This document shows, in pieces, positions 51,424 to 60,830 of a stretch of 64,000 nucleotides of DNA. Positions within the stretch are counted from its first letter, which is position 1. Each line of letters starts with the position of its first letter. The stretch covers positions 181,571 to 245,570 of the forward strand of contig CALKUP010000001.1 of NCBI GenBank assembly GCA_937996685.1. Direction: 5' to 3'. The position numbers were made by a program, and so were the translations under genes. The notes beneath the pieces are model-generated. The model was given only the letters and a program-made list of their open reading frames with translations. It made no database searches and was not told the DNA's origin. The stretch comes from an uncultured bacterium. GTDB taxonomy: Bacteria > Patescibacteriota > Patescibacteriia > UBA9570 > XYC2-FULL-38-9.

Positions 51424-52398
51424 ATGAAAATCATTGAACCGCGTCCCAATATTATAACTGGAGTGAACGAGCAAGTCCCAAAAGAACCTCTATTTGACCC
51501 AAATGTGGTAGAGGCTCGAATGGATGAAACATCTGCCAGGAATTTTCTTTCAAATGAAGGCCCTCTACGCGGAATGGAGCCAGATGCTGCGCGCATTATT
51601 TTGCAATTTTCTGATGATTTTCCTGATGAAATGATTACATGGGCGCAACGGGTTTGTTCCAGTCATGAACGCCGCCGAGCAGGCAGTGTATTGCCTTCAG
51701 ATTATTCAATAAAAGCATGGCCATATGTTGGTGTAGACGGACAAACGTATACAAGGGAAGAATTAGATCGTTTCAGAAAAGAAGCAACGCTTGACCAAGT
51801 TCGTGCATTATTAGGTGATGAGCAATACAAGGAGCGGCGAGAGAAAAGCTACACCATTAGAGATGGTAAACGTTATTTTGAACCAGTAACTAATCCCATT
51901 CGCTCTGTAGAAAATTCAGTTGATGAATATATTAAACGACGTTTTGATGATTATGCATGGGCTGGCTCGCATGCGTTAGAGCTTGCGCGAAGACTCACTC
52001 CCGAAGGGTTTCATCTTGTTGGCGTCGAGTGCGGTAGGGGTATGCAAAAAATTGTGTACGAAATACGACCGAATGAATCTGGGCCGTTTCGTTCAGCACT
52101 TGATTTTATGCCAGAAAATAATAAGTCGGGTGGACGCCAATACACAAGCGATGAGAAAATTGCAGAATACGTAAGAAGCAAGGGGATTGTTGCAAACATC
52201 GTGCTCTATGATGATGGGGCAAATCGCGGGATATATGTTGAAGGCACTGCACCCGGAGCAGATATTTCTGCTATCGAAGCTATTGCTAGGAAGTTTGTTG
52301 GAGATTTTGGAGAAGAATACAATGGAGGTAACTTAGAAACGAACAAAAAGATTATTGCGCCAAATGGCGAGGCAATTGAATTTAATGAACCTATTTAG
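51424..52398 (+). CDS. hypothetical protein
   Basis: 324 aa; no recognisable motifs; native-like composition. Confidence 0.5.
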   Translation: MKIIEPRPNIITGVNEQVPKEPLFDPNVVEARMDETSARNFLSNEGPLRGMEPDAARIILQFSDDFPDEMITWAQRVCSSHERRRAGSVLPSDYSIKAWPYVGVDGQTYTREELDRFRKEATLDQVRALLGDEQYKERREKSYTIRDGKRYFEPVTNPIRSVENSVDEYIKRRFDDYAWAGSHALELARRLTPEGFHLVGVECGRGMQKIVYEIRPNESGPFRSALDFMPENNKSGGRQYTSDEKIAEYVRSKGIVANIVLYDDGANRGIYVEGTAPGADISAIEAIARKFVGDFGEEYNGGNLETNKKIIAPNGEAIEFNEPI

Positions 52399-52406
52399 AA
52401 TACATC

Positions 52407-52468
52407 TCAGCTCTAACGTGGCAGGCGGCCTCTGCTCCAATAAAGTCGCCTCACACGGCGATTTTTTT
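52407..52468 (+). repeat. copy 1 of an approximately 60-nt structured intergenic element (conserved CTAACGTGGCAGGCGG head, hairpin, and a terminator-like tail with a T-run)
   Basis: About 85% identical to the copy at 53571-53633; both are followed by a TATACT box and then the next gene's ATG. Confidence 0.6.
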
Positions 52469-52508
52469 ATTTTTACCTCACAGCAGGAGTCTGATATACT
52501 CTTTTTAT

Positions 52509-53564
52509 ATGAAAGAATCACAGAATCTTACTTCACCATCGGGTATAGCAAAGGCAGAAAAAAAGGCTATTGTTCGACCATTTCCTCTACTACAGGACTT
52601 GTTCAAATTTGCACAAAAAGAAGGCATTCATGATGCTGGTTTTCGTTATCAGGGCGAGAGGGCTGACGTGGTTACCGCTGAGCTTCCAGAAACATTCCAA
52701 CCGCTCACAGAAGATTTTCCAGCAAAATATTTTGTGGTTGCGTATGAAGATCGACGTGGTGAGTATTATGCAGAAGGTACAAGACACCAGCTTGTTCGTC
52801 TTTCTACAGTGGAACGCCCTTCATCCACAGATGCGAGAACACGAGAAATGGATTTGATTCTTCCCGATGATAAACGCGCAGATCGTATCCGGGTGACTGT
52901 GAGAGAAGCAGTGAAAGAAAAAAGTTTTGAAGAGATCAATCAAAAAAATGATGATGGATTAGATCAGCCACACGGCAGCGCGCGGTATACATATGAAATT
53001 GATGCGAGCGGAAAGCGTCACCCAAAGAAGTTTGAATTTGATCGGCTCGATGAAGGGCTCTTTGATCTTGGTGGGGATAATTATAAACCAGTGCGATGGG
53101 TACGCGATCTCTTGATTGAAAAAGGTGAAGATGGTGAGGATCAGATTCAGTACAACGATTTATACATTCTCAATAGAAGCAATAACCCAGGAGATGAAAG
53201 CAGAGCGAGTGTGCAAACATCTTTAATTGGTACATTTGAAAGCCCTCGAAGTGTTGTTGTTGAGATTGGTTTTGGGCCAATGGAAACAGCTCGGGTATTA
53301 TTTCACGATGAAGAAAAAAATATCACATTGTTTTTGCATCAATCAGTGAGAACAGAGGATTCTATTGCAATACTCAAAGACGACCCAGTATACACTGAGC
53401 TTTTAAATGCTTCACCAAAACCAGAAGCATTTATTGAAAAAATCCGCGCAAGATGTCAGATGTTAAAAGATGATTGGGCAAACCCACAGTCTGTCTATGA
53501 TGATTCCCCGGTCATTGCAGAACGACCATTGGTAATTGCTCAGGATGAATCAGCTGTAGAGTAG
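52509..53564 (+). CDS. hypothetical protein
   Basis: 351 aa; acidic; no recognisable motifs; TATACT box 8 nt upstream of the ATG. Confidence 0.5.
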   Translation: MKESQNLTSPSGIAKAEKKAIVRPFPLLQDLFKFAQKEGIHDAGFRYQGERADVVTAELPETFQPLTEDFPAKYFVVAYEDRRGEYYAEGTRHQLVRLSTVERPSSTDARTREMDLILPDDKRADRIRVTVREAVKEKSFEEINQKNDDGLDQPHGSARYTYEIDASGKRHPKKFEFDRLDEGLFDLGGDNYKPVRWVRDLLIEKGEDGEDQIQYNDLYILNRSNNPGDESRASVQTSLIGTFESPRSVVVEIGFGPMETARVLFHDEEKNITLFLHQSVRTEDSIAILKDDPVYTELLNASPKPEAFIEKIRARCQMLKDDWANPQSVYDDSPVIAERPLVIAQDESAVE

Positions 53565-53570
53565 GTATAT

Positions 53571-53633
53571 TCAGTTCTAACGTGGCAGGCGGTTCCTGCT
53601 TCAAGAAAAAGTTGCCTCATAAGGGCGTTTTTT
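53571..53633 (+). repeat. copy 2 of the approximately 60-nt structured intergenic element
   Basis: See copy 1. The differences from copy 1 (G-C to G-T and C-G to T-G) preserve base pairing. Confidence 0.6.
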
Positions 53634-53704
53634 GTAACAAGAAAGATGAGAGTCTTCTAATGCCCAAATGTACAATAGGAGCCTTTTTTTGTTATACTTT
53701 TTAT

Positions 53705-54454
53705 ATGAAAATCCTGACAGTCAATATTTGGAATGGGGGCAGAATCTGGGATTCGTTGATTCCATTTATTCAAAAACTACAACCAGACATCATCTTCATG
53801 CAAGAAGTATTTGACTCTCCCCGTGAAGATGTCGAACAACGCTTCCGCTCAACGCAAGGGATCAGAGATACGCTGAAATATCCCTATGATCATTTTACTC
53901 CAGCGTTTATTAACGCAGTAGAGGTCGGTGATGTAGTAGAAGGCTTGATGATTCTTTCAAAATTTCCGATTGTTGAAAATGATACGTTCTATCTATATGG
54001 TGAGTATGGAAGAAGAGATTTGCAAACACCAGACGGATTTAGGTCGACTCCGCGTATTTTACAGCATGCTGTTGTTGAGTATGAAAACAAGAAATTACAT
54101 CTATATAACATTCACGGGATATGGGACGAGCATGGCGACGACACACCATTGCGCTTAGAAATGGCAAAAGATATCTTGTCATATATCGATGATGCTGAAT
54201 ATGTAATTTTAGGTGGGGACTTTAATGTACAACCAGACACAAAAACAATTCGCATGATAGAAAGCACATTTACTAATGTGCTACGAGGAGAAACGGAAAC
54301 GACGTTTAATATGAAACGAAAAGAAAACCTCGCTTTTGGAAAAGCGATCGCCGACATGTTTTTTGTAAGTAATAATGTGACTGTAACGGAAAAAACAGTG
54401 CACCATGTAGACGTATCAGATCATTTGCCGTTATCGATTGAGGTTGAGCTATGA
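53705..54454 (+). CDS. endonuclease/exonuclease/phosphatase (EEP) family protein
   Basis: MKILTVNIWNG...IIFMQEV N-terminal EEP motif and C-terminal DHLPL; start moved to the ATG after the TATACT box. Confidence 0.7.
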   Translation: MKILTVNIWNGGRIWDSLIPFIQKLQPDIIFMQEVFDSPREDVEQRFRSTQGIRDTLKYPYDHFTPAFINAVEVGDVVEGLMILSKFPIVENDTFYLYGEYGRRDLQTPDGFRSTPRILQHAVVEYENKKLHLYNIHGIWDEHGDDTPLRLEMAKDILSYIDDAEYVILGGDFNVQPDTKTIRMIESTFTNVLRGETETTFNMKRKENLAFGKAIADMFFVSNNVTVTEKTVHHVDVSDHLPLSIEVEL

Positions 54455-54490
54455 AAGAACTAATTAGTGGAATTGCGATTGTGCTGACAT

Positions 54491-54841
54491 TTGCGAGATA
54501 CGATCAAAGGTAAAACACGACCGCATATATACACGTGGTTTGTTTGGGGCTTGGTGCCATTTATTATATTTGCGCTACAAGTGAGCGATAATGCTGGTGC
54601 GGGGTCGTATGTAACACTTGCTGCTGGAGTAGTGTGTATGATTATTTTCAGACTTGGCCTGCGTCAAGGTAAAAAAGACATCACGTTCATAGACACCGCT
54701 TTATTTATTTCATCATTTATTGCTCTTGAACGATACACCATTATTACGGCCGCCTTCCCAGTAACCTGGACAATCGCGAATACATTTTTTGTTCTCTTTC
54801 TTGTGCTACGACGAATGCAGTTGAAGTTGATAAAGAAATAA
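54491..54841 (+). CDS. hypothetical small membrane protein
   Basis: 116 aa, 3 predicted TM segments. Confidence 0.35.
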   Translation: MRDTIKGKTRPHIYTWFVWGLVPFIIFALQVSDNAGAGSYVTLAAGVVCMIIFRLGLRQGKKDITFIDTALFISSFIALERYTIITAAFPVTWTIANTFFVLFLVLRRMQLKLIKK

Positions 54842-55079
54842 CCTCAATTCCACAATTTGTTTGATGCAGATATTTGACGTTGACTTTATTTTATACGGGT
54901 GATACGTTATTGTGTCGCTGATTCTTTTAATTCAGTGCTCTTTTTATCGATCGTTGAGGAAATAAGTCGCTTTCAATATGTGTAAAGGCGTTTTATTCCC
55001 TCAGCGGTCATTCATCGTTATCAATGAGATCAAGTCACATTAATCGTTTGCTGAGGGGCATGCGATTTTGGGAGGATTC

Positions 55080-55484
55080 ATGGAAGACGGACAGTTCGGA
55101 ACTCCTCGTGAACATGCAACGTTCATGGGCATCACCATGGGCTACTGGATCTTCATCATCGCGCTTCTCCTCGGAGGCAGCGCGGTGGTGATGGTGACCA
55201 AGCCGGTCTTCCTCGGCTTCGAGCGGGAGATCTATACCAACTCACGTCAGTACACCGATGCGAAGGACGTGCAACTCCTCGCCTGGATCGCCGAGTACTC
55301 GGAGCTCGTCACGGAGAAGGCGAGGCTCGAGGCGCAGACGGACGTCGACAACACGACTGTGATTGACGGCATCGACAGCCAGATGCACTTCATGCTCGGT
55401 CGTATCCATGCCGAGGCTGCTCGCGTGTCTCCCGAAGCGCTTTCTTCCACGGTTCGCGAATTCCTCGCGCGCCACAATCTCTGA
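55080..55484 (+). CDS. hypothetical membrane-anchored protein (high-GC island), with a GGGAGGA ribosome-binding site
   Basis: 134 aa from MEDGQF; one TM helix (ITMGYWIFIIALLLGGSAVVMV); acidic C-terminal domain. Confidence 0.5.
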   Translation: MEDGQFGTPREHATFMGITMGYWIFIIALLLGGSAVVMVTKPVFLGFEREIYTNSRQYTDAKDVQLLAWIAEYSELVTEKARLEAQTDVDNTTVIDGIDSQMHFMLGRIHAEAARVSPEALSSTVREFLARHNL

Positions 55485-55495
55485 AGGAGGTGAAC

Positions 55496-56080
55496 ATGAA
55501 CAAGGCTTTCCTTCGTTTGGCAGCGCTGCTCCTGATGGCGTTGCTGTTCTTCACTGGCACTGGTTGCGACCAAAGCTCGGAAGAGCGCGACCGCGCAGTC
55601 GTTCAAGACCAGCAGAAGCAGTATGGAATTGCGCAGCCGATCCCGAGCTATGATTGGTCCCCGGAACGGGACAACGTGATCCAGCTCTACGACATCCGTA
55701 TGGGAATTGTCGCCACCCACGCCGTTTGGCGAGGCGACACGTCGATCGTTGAAGGCGACTGTCCGGCGATCGGATATCCGATTCCGTACGACACCCAGCT
55801 CACCAACCCGCTGCAAGTGCTGCCTGACAGTGGCCACGAGGTGGTTGAGCAGGCGGAACCGAACGGCTTGTTCTCTTCAAAAAACAGCACGGGCACGTGG
55901 GTGCTGTGTGTTGAGGGCAAGGCAATCGAACCTGTCCTTGTCGAGGGCAAGGTGACGACCTACCCGTATCCGGTGGTTGTCGATTACACAACCAATCGAG
56001 TCACCCGTGCCGTTGGAGGTCGCTCTTCGGTCAAGTTGAAGGTCAATGACAAGCCGCCTTCTCAGCGGAGCAAGCCTTGA
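55496..56080 (+). CDS. hypothetical lipoprotein (high-GC island), with an AAGGAGGTG ribosome-binding site
   Basis: Signal peptide with lipobox LFFTGTGC; 194 aa. Confidence 0.5.
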   Translation: MNKAFLRLAALLLMALLFFTGTGCDQSSEERDRAVVQDQQKQYGIAQPIPSYDWSPERDNVIQLYDIRMGIVATHAVWRGDTSIVEGDCPAIGYPIPYDTQLTNPLQVLPDSGHEVVEQAEPNGLFSSKNSTGTWVLCVEGKAIEPVLVEGKVTTYPYPVVVDYTTNRVTRAVGGRSSVKLKVNDKPPSQRSKP

Positions 56081-56281
56081 TCATGTCCTACTACGCCTGA
56101 AAACCACACGACGCGTGTGAGCAGGTGTAGTCACGGCGATGAGTTTCCTTAGGGAGTCTCATCGCTGCCGTTCTTAGTGCCTATGAATGCGTTCGTAGAT
56201 AGTAAAAGCGAGTAACTCACTGGATTGCTGAACAGCTCTATATTTGCTAGAATACAACTCTATTATTGATATATACATCTT

Positions 56282-56893
56282 ATGGGAGTGACCGAAATTC
56301 TGGTTGAATATGCAATTCAAATTATTGACGCAATTGGGTATGTCGGTGTTTTTTTGTTAATGACACTCGAAAGTATGGTTGCGCCAATTCCTAGTGAAGC
56401 GGTGATGCCGTTCGCTGGTTTTTTGATTAGCGACGGAACACTGTCTTGGATGGGTGTCTTGCTTGTGAGTTCTGCGGGAAGTCTTTTGGGAAGTGTGTTG
56501 TCATATTATATCGGTAAATATCTTGGAAATGCTTTTGTGATCCGATATGGAAAATATCTTTTACTGAATGAAGAGCATTTGCTGGCGACGGAGAATTTTT
56601 TCGCAAAACACGGTCCATGGTCTGTGTTTGTCTGCCGGTTTATCCCAGTTGTGCGGCATTTTATTTCTATTCCTGCCGGAATTGCGAACATGAATATCGG
56701 AGCATTTGTGCTCTACACGCTCGTTGGTGCAACAGGCTGGAATATGTTCTTGACCTATGTCGGATTTGCATTGCGAGATAATTGGACAACAATCCAACAA
56801 TACACACACGTGCTTGATATCTTGGTCGTGCTCGGGGTTGTGTGTGTTGGTGTCTATTTTGTGTATTCACAATTACGCAAAAAAAAGATCTAA
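56282..56893 (+). CDS. DedA/SNARE-associated (TVP38) family membrane protein
   Basis: GYVGVFLLMTLESMVAPIPSEAVMPFAG is a typical DedA motif. Confidence 0.8.
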   Translation: MGVTEILVEYAIQIIDAIGYVGVFLLMTLESMVAPIPSEAVMPFAGFLISDGTLSWMGVLLVSSAGSLLGSVLSYYIGKYLGNAFVIRYGKYLLLNEEHLLATENFFAKHGPWSVFVCRFIPVVRHFISIPAGIANMNIGAFVLYTLVGATGWNMFLTYVGFALRDNWTTIQQYTHVLDILVVLGVVCVGVYFVYSQLRKKKI

Positions 56894-56902
56894 ATAATGC
56901 AC

Positions 56903-57811
56903 ATGTCAGATTCACGTCAATTTCCAACTGTTTCCGTTATCGTCCCAGCGCATAACGAAGTTGGGTATATTGAAGCGTGTGTGCAGTCACTGCAAGCGCA
57001 AGAATATGCAGGTGATATTGAAATTCTTGTGGTTGATAATGCGAGTGATGATGCAACTGCCCAAGTGGTGCGTGATCTTGGTGTCCGTGTGGTGACCGAA
57101 ACGACGCGGGGAGTGTGTAGCGCGAGGCAAGCTGGTTCACTGGTTGCGCGCGGTGATTTATTTATTTCAACAGATGCAGACACAACCTTTGATCCGTTCT
57201 GGGTGCAACGTATTGTCGCTGCATTTGGGGATGATGAATCAATTGTCGCGGTGTCTGGATCGTTTCAGTTTGAAGATCGCCCGCGCTGGGGACTACATTA
57301 CAGTCGACTGTTGTTTCGTTTAACCCAGTTTTTTTATCGCATGTTTGGTGTCCCGCTGTACGCGCCAGCATCGAATTTTGCATTTCGTCGCGATGCCTTT
57401 TTGTCGCTTGGTGGATACAACACAACCTTAACGCAAGGTGGAGATGAATACGATATGCTGCGTCGATTGCGCCCACTGGGCCGTGTTGTGTATATGCCAA
57501 ACAATCCTGTCTACACATCAAGTCGTCGGCTGAACCGTGGTTTTTTGTACACAATGTTTGTGACCTTTTTCTATTATTACGTCGGCAGTTATGTGTTGAG
57601 TGTTGTATTGAAACGACAAGTGATTGGATCTGCGCCGATTCATCGAGAAACCTCTATCTCACGTGCGCATCGTTTTTTGTTGTCAGTTGGTGTGCTGGTT
57701 GCGATTGCTGTTGCGTGGAAATGCACAACACTCTCTGTTGGGGAAGTCGTTGAACATCGTGGCGCGGTCGCGCATGCTGTGCGCGTGATTCATCATACAT
57801 CAGCGCGGTAA
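56903..57811 (+). CDS. family 2 glycosyltransferase
   Basis: VSVIVPAHNE and DADT (DxD) GT-A motifs. Confidence 0.75.
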   Translation: MSDSRQFPTVSVIVPAHNEVGYIEACVQSLQAQEYAGDIEILVVDNASDDATAQVVRDLGVRVVTETTRGVCSARQAGSLVARGDLFISTDADTTFDPFWVQRIVAAFGDDESIVAVSGSFQFEDRPRWGLHYSRLLFRLTQFFYRMFGVPLYAPASNFAFRRDAFLSLGGYNTTLTQGGDEYDMLRRLRPLGRVVYMPNNPVYTSSRRLNRGFLYTMFVTFFYYYVGSYVLSVVLKRQVIGSAPIHRETSISRAHRFLLSVGVLVAIAVAWKCTTLSVGEVVEHRGAVAHAVRVIHHTSAR

Positions 57812-58521
57812 TGTTGTTTGTTCTGCTGATTATTGCGCTTGCTCTATGTATCATCGCGATGCTGTATTGGCTTTTGATGTCGCCGTGGTCTCAAGTGTGT
57901 GGGCGAGTACATGTGCGCCTCACAACAAGTGAAAAAATTGTTGCATTGACCTTTGATGACGGACCAAATGATCCATACACCACTCAGCTGCTTGATATAC
58001 TGGCGGCAGAGCAGGTGCGCGTGACGTTTTTTGTTGTTGGTGAAAATGCTGCGAACAATCCGGCCGTGATCCAGCGGATGCACGCTGAAGGACACATTGT
58101 TGGCAACCATTCATTGAGTCATCAATTTTCTTTGTATTTCCGCGATCGTTTTTTTCGATCGCAAATTGATGCAACACAAGATATTGTGAAACGCATTATC
58201 GGGGTTGCGCCGCTGTATTATCGCTCGCCGTGGTTATTTCGCACACCATGGCTATTGCGCACAGTGCGAGAGCGAGGCCTTGTTCCAGTGTGGGGAGTGT
58301 TTGGCAGCGAGCGTGAAATTGCGCAAGGTGATCCGAAAAAGATTGCTGATCGTGCGTTCAAAAAAGTGCGCCCGGGAACAATCTTGATTTTTCATGATGG
58401 TTTTGATAATCACGGTGGATTCCGTGGTTCGACAGTCGCGGCAATTGCGCTCTTGATCCCGGAGTTAAAAAAAGCCGGGTATCGGTTTGTAACGGTTGAT
58501 GCGTTGCAAGACAAACACTAA
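57811..58521 (+). CDS. polysaccharide deacetylase (NodB homology domain)
   Basis: ALTFDDGP and HSLSH metal-binding motifs; N-terminal TM anchor. Confidence 0.8.
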   Translation: MLFVLLIIALALCIIAMLYWLLMSPWSQVCGRVHVRLTTSEKIVALTFDDGPNDPYTTQLLDILAAEQVRVTFFVVGENAANNPAVIQRMHAEGHIVGNHSLSHQFSLYFRDRFFRSQIDATQDIVKRIIGVAPLYYRSPWLFRTPWLLRTVRERGLVPVWGVFGSEREIAQGDPKKIADRAFKKVRPGTILIFHDGFDNHGGFRGSTVAAIALLIPELKKAGYRFVTVDALQDKH

Positions 58522-58536
58522 ACAAGTTACATTCTT

Positions 58537-59385
58537 GTGATATACTCAATGAGTATGAAAAAAGAATTACTTACGCAGCTGCAAACAGAGCTTCAAACCA
58601 CGTATCATGGAGATCTGAAAGCACTACTGCGCCATATCGAAAAAACGTTAGAAGGGAAGTCGAGTGTCGATTCGTCGAAGCCGCGACGAGAGCGCACTGG
58701 AGATGAGAGTGTCATTGTTACTGTGTCAGATGTGTCTCGTGAGTATCTATTTAATGGGAATACAGTTCAAGCTCTCAAGCATGCAAATGCTGAAATTCGG
58801 TCAGGTGAAATCGTGGCACTTGTCGGGCCTTCAGGCAGCGGAAAGAGTACGATGCTCCAATTAATTGGAGGACTTGATACGCCGAGTAGCGGCTCTATTG
58901 TTGTTGACGGAAAAGAGTTGTCTGCAATGAAGGAGAGTGCGCGCTCTGAGTATCGTAATCAAACAATCGGTTTTATTTTTCAATTTTTTCATTTGCAGCC
59001 ATATCTCACAGTTGAACAAAATGTAGAAATTCCACTATTATTTGGTGATGTAAACACCGTGGAGCGGAAGAAGCGTGTCGCAGAAGCACTCGCGTCTGTT
59101 GGTTTGTCGGAATATGCGAAACATCGACCCAGTCAGCTCAGTGGAGGACAGCAACAACGCGTTGCAATTGCGCGCGCACTGGTGAATCATCCAAAGGTTA
59201 TTTTGGCAGACGAGCCAACTGGTAATCTTGATCGAGCCAATGCAACAGAAGTAATGAAATTATTACACACAATTAATGAAGAGCGAGGCACAACAATGGT
59301 GATTGTGACCCACGATCACTTTGTGGCTGATTTTGCTGATCGCTCTATCGAATTAATAGACGGGACTTTGAATACACACATATGA
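58537..59385 (+). CDS. ABC transporter ATP-binding protein (MacB/LolD-like)
   Basis: Walker A GPSGSGKST, signature LSGGQQQRVAIARAL, Walker B ILADEPTGNLD. Confidence 0.85.
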   Translation: MIYSMSMKKELLTQLQTELQTTYHGDLKALLRHIEKTLEGKSSVDSSKPRRERTGDESVIVTVSDVSREYLFNGNTVQALKHANAEIRSGEIVALVGPSGSGKSTMLQLIGGLDTPSSGSIVVDGKELSAMKESARSEYRNQTIGFIFQFFHLQPYLTVEQNVEIPLLFGDVNTVERKKRVAEALASVGLSEYAKHRPSQLSGGQQQRVAIARALVNHPKVILADEPTGNLDRANATEVMKLLHTINEERGTTMVIVTHDHFVADFADRSIELIDGTLNTHI

Positions 59386-60821
59386 AACATCGTGATGCAC
59401 TTCGGATTGCCAGTACAAAATTTCGCACTCGAAAAATCCGCACCGCCTTTTTAGTCTTATCATTAGCCGTTGGCTTAACAATGATCGCTGCTCTTGCTGG
59501 AGGAGTTGCGGGAGTGATGAAAACAGCGCGGGCTATTTTTCTTGACGCTGGACAAGGGCGATATTACGCAGTTGAAGTAACAACATTGAACAGATCGGAA
59601 AATACAGTTGTTGAGGCAAAAAAGCCATCCATTGATGTTGGGTCATATATACAAGAGCGAAAAGAACAATACAGTCAGAAAGACATCTCTGTTCAGCAGG
59701 TGCAGATGATTATGGATAATAGTCTCAAGCAAACGCTGACGGAATTGCCTGAACTAACAACAATGAGTGGATTGTTATCGTTTCAAACGAGCGATGCGCA
59801 ATTTATTCAGTCGTATATTATTGACCCGACAATTCAATGGGACACGCCTCAAGACAGTATTGTTCCGGTATTGGTTCCGACAGCGGCGTTAATTGGTGAT
59901 GGTGGTCCAGATTGGTACAACAAGTCCGCGAAAGAGCAATATACCTTTTTACAGGAACAGCAAAAAAAGTACCTTGGAAAAATCGTCCAGTATCATTCAA
60001 TAAAAGCAAAATCAGAGTCGAATACAACTACTACAGAAGTGACTGGCAAAACACAATATAAGATTGTTGGTTTCGCGCCAGAGGATTTATATGCCTCGAA
60101 TCTCTATCAGTCTGGTACTTTTATTGTTCCAAATTGGGCTGCAAAAAACATACCTGAAGTACAAGGATTATTTGAACAAGGAAATTATCGTACACTGATT
60201 GCGTTTGCAAATAAAAAGGATCGTAATGATTTTATAGCAGCAAAGCAAGGGCAGCAAGTACAAGAGGTAGAAAAAAGAACAGACGCTGCTTCAGGCGAGA
60301 CACTTGAGTTTAGTCATTATTTTATGCCTGCACAAGGTCGCTTTGATGCGTTTTCGGAGATTGCAAGTCAGTTTCAAAAATTCTTCTTTGGTGTTGCTGG
60401 TTTCTTGCTCGCCATCGGTGAAATCATGTTGCTCTTAACGGTTGGACGAGTCGTTGCAGATTCTCGGAAAGAAATTGGTGTGTATCGAGCAATTGGAGCG
60501 AGTCGCTCGGATGTGCGTAAAATATTTTTTTGGTACGTTTGTGTGTTAACGGCAGCTGCGACATTCATTGCTGTGGTTCTGGCTATTACTGGGCAAATTA
60601 TCGCGTCTGTGAAATGGGGCGAGCAACTGTTTTATGGACTTGTGCAGTTTAGCGGGAACGCTGCGGTGGTGGCTCAGCCGAAGTATTTGTTCTTAGGAAC
60701 GAATGGTCTACATATTCTTGCATTGTTTGGCTTTGCGTTTGTGTCGGCGCTCGTCGCTTCAGCAATTCCAATTTTCCGCGCCTCACGGATTGATCCAATC
60801 ATCGCTTTAAAAGAAGAATAA
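59382..60821 (+). CDS. ABC transporter permease, FtsX/MacB-type with a large periplasmic loop
   Basis: N-terminal TM, about 250-aa extracytoplasmic domain, C-terminal FtsX-like 3-TM bundle; 4-nt overlap with the ATPase gene. Confidence 0.7.
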   Translation: MKHRDALRIASTKFRTRKIRTAFLVLSLAVGLTMIAALAGGVAGVMKTARAIFLDAGQGRYYAVEVTTLNRSENTVVEAKKPSIDVGSYIQERKEQYSQKDISVQQVQMIMDNSLKQTLTELPELTTMSGLLSFQTSDAQFIQSYIIDPTIQWDTPQDSIVPVLVPTAALIGDGGPDWYNKSAKEQYTFLQEQQKKYLGKIVQYHSIKAKSESNTTTTEVTGKTQYKIVGFAPEDLYASNLYQSGTFIVPNWAAKNIPEVQGLFEQGNYRTLIAFANKKDRNDFIAAKQGQQVQEVEKRTDAASGETLEFSHYFMPAQGRFDAFSEIASQFQKFFFGVAGFLLAIGEIMLLLTVGRVVADSRKEIGVYRAIGASRSDVRKIFFWYVCVLTAAATFIAVVLAITGQIIASVKWGEQLFYGLVQFSGNAAVVAQPKYLFLGTNGLHILALFGFAFVSALVASAIPIFRASRIDPIIALKEE

Positions 60822-60830
60822 CTATTTTGT

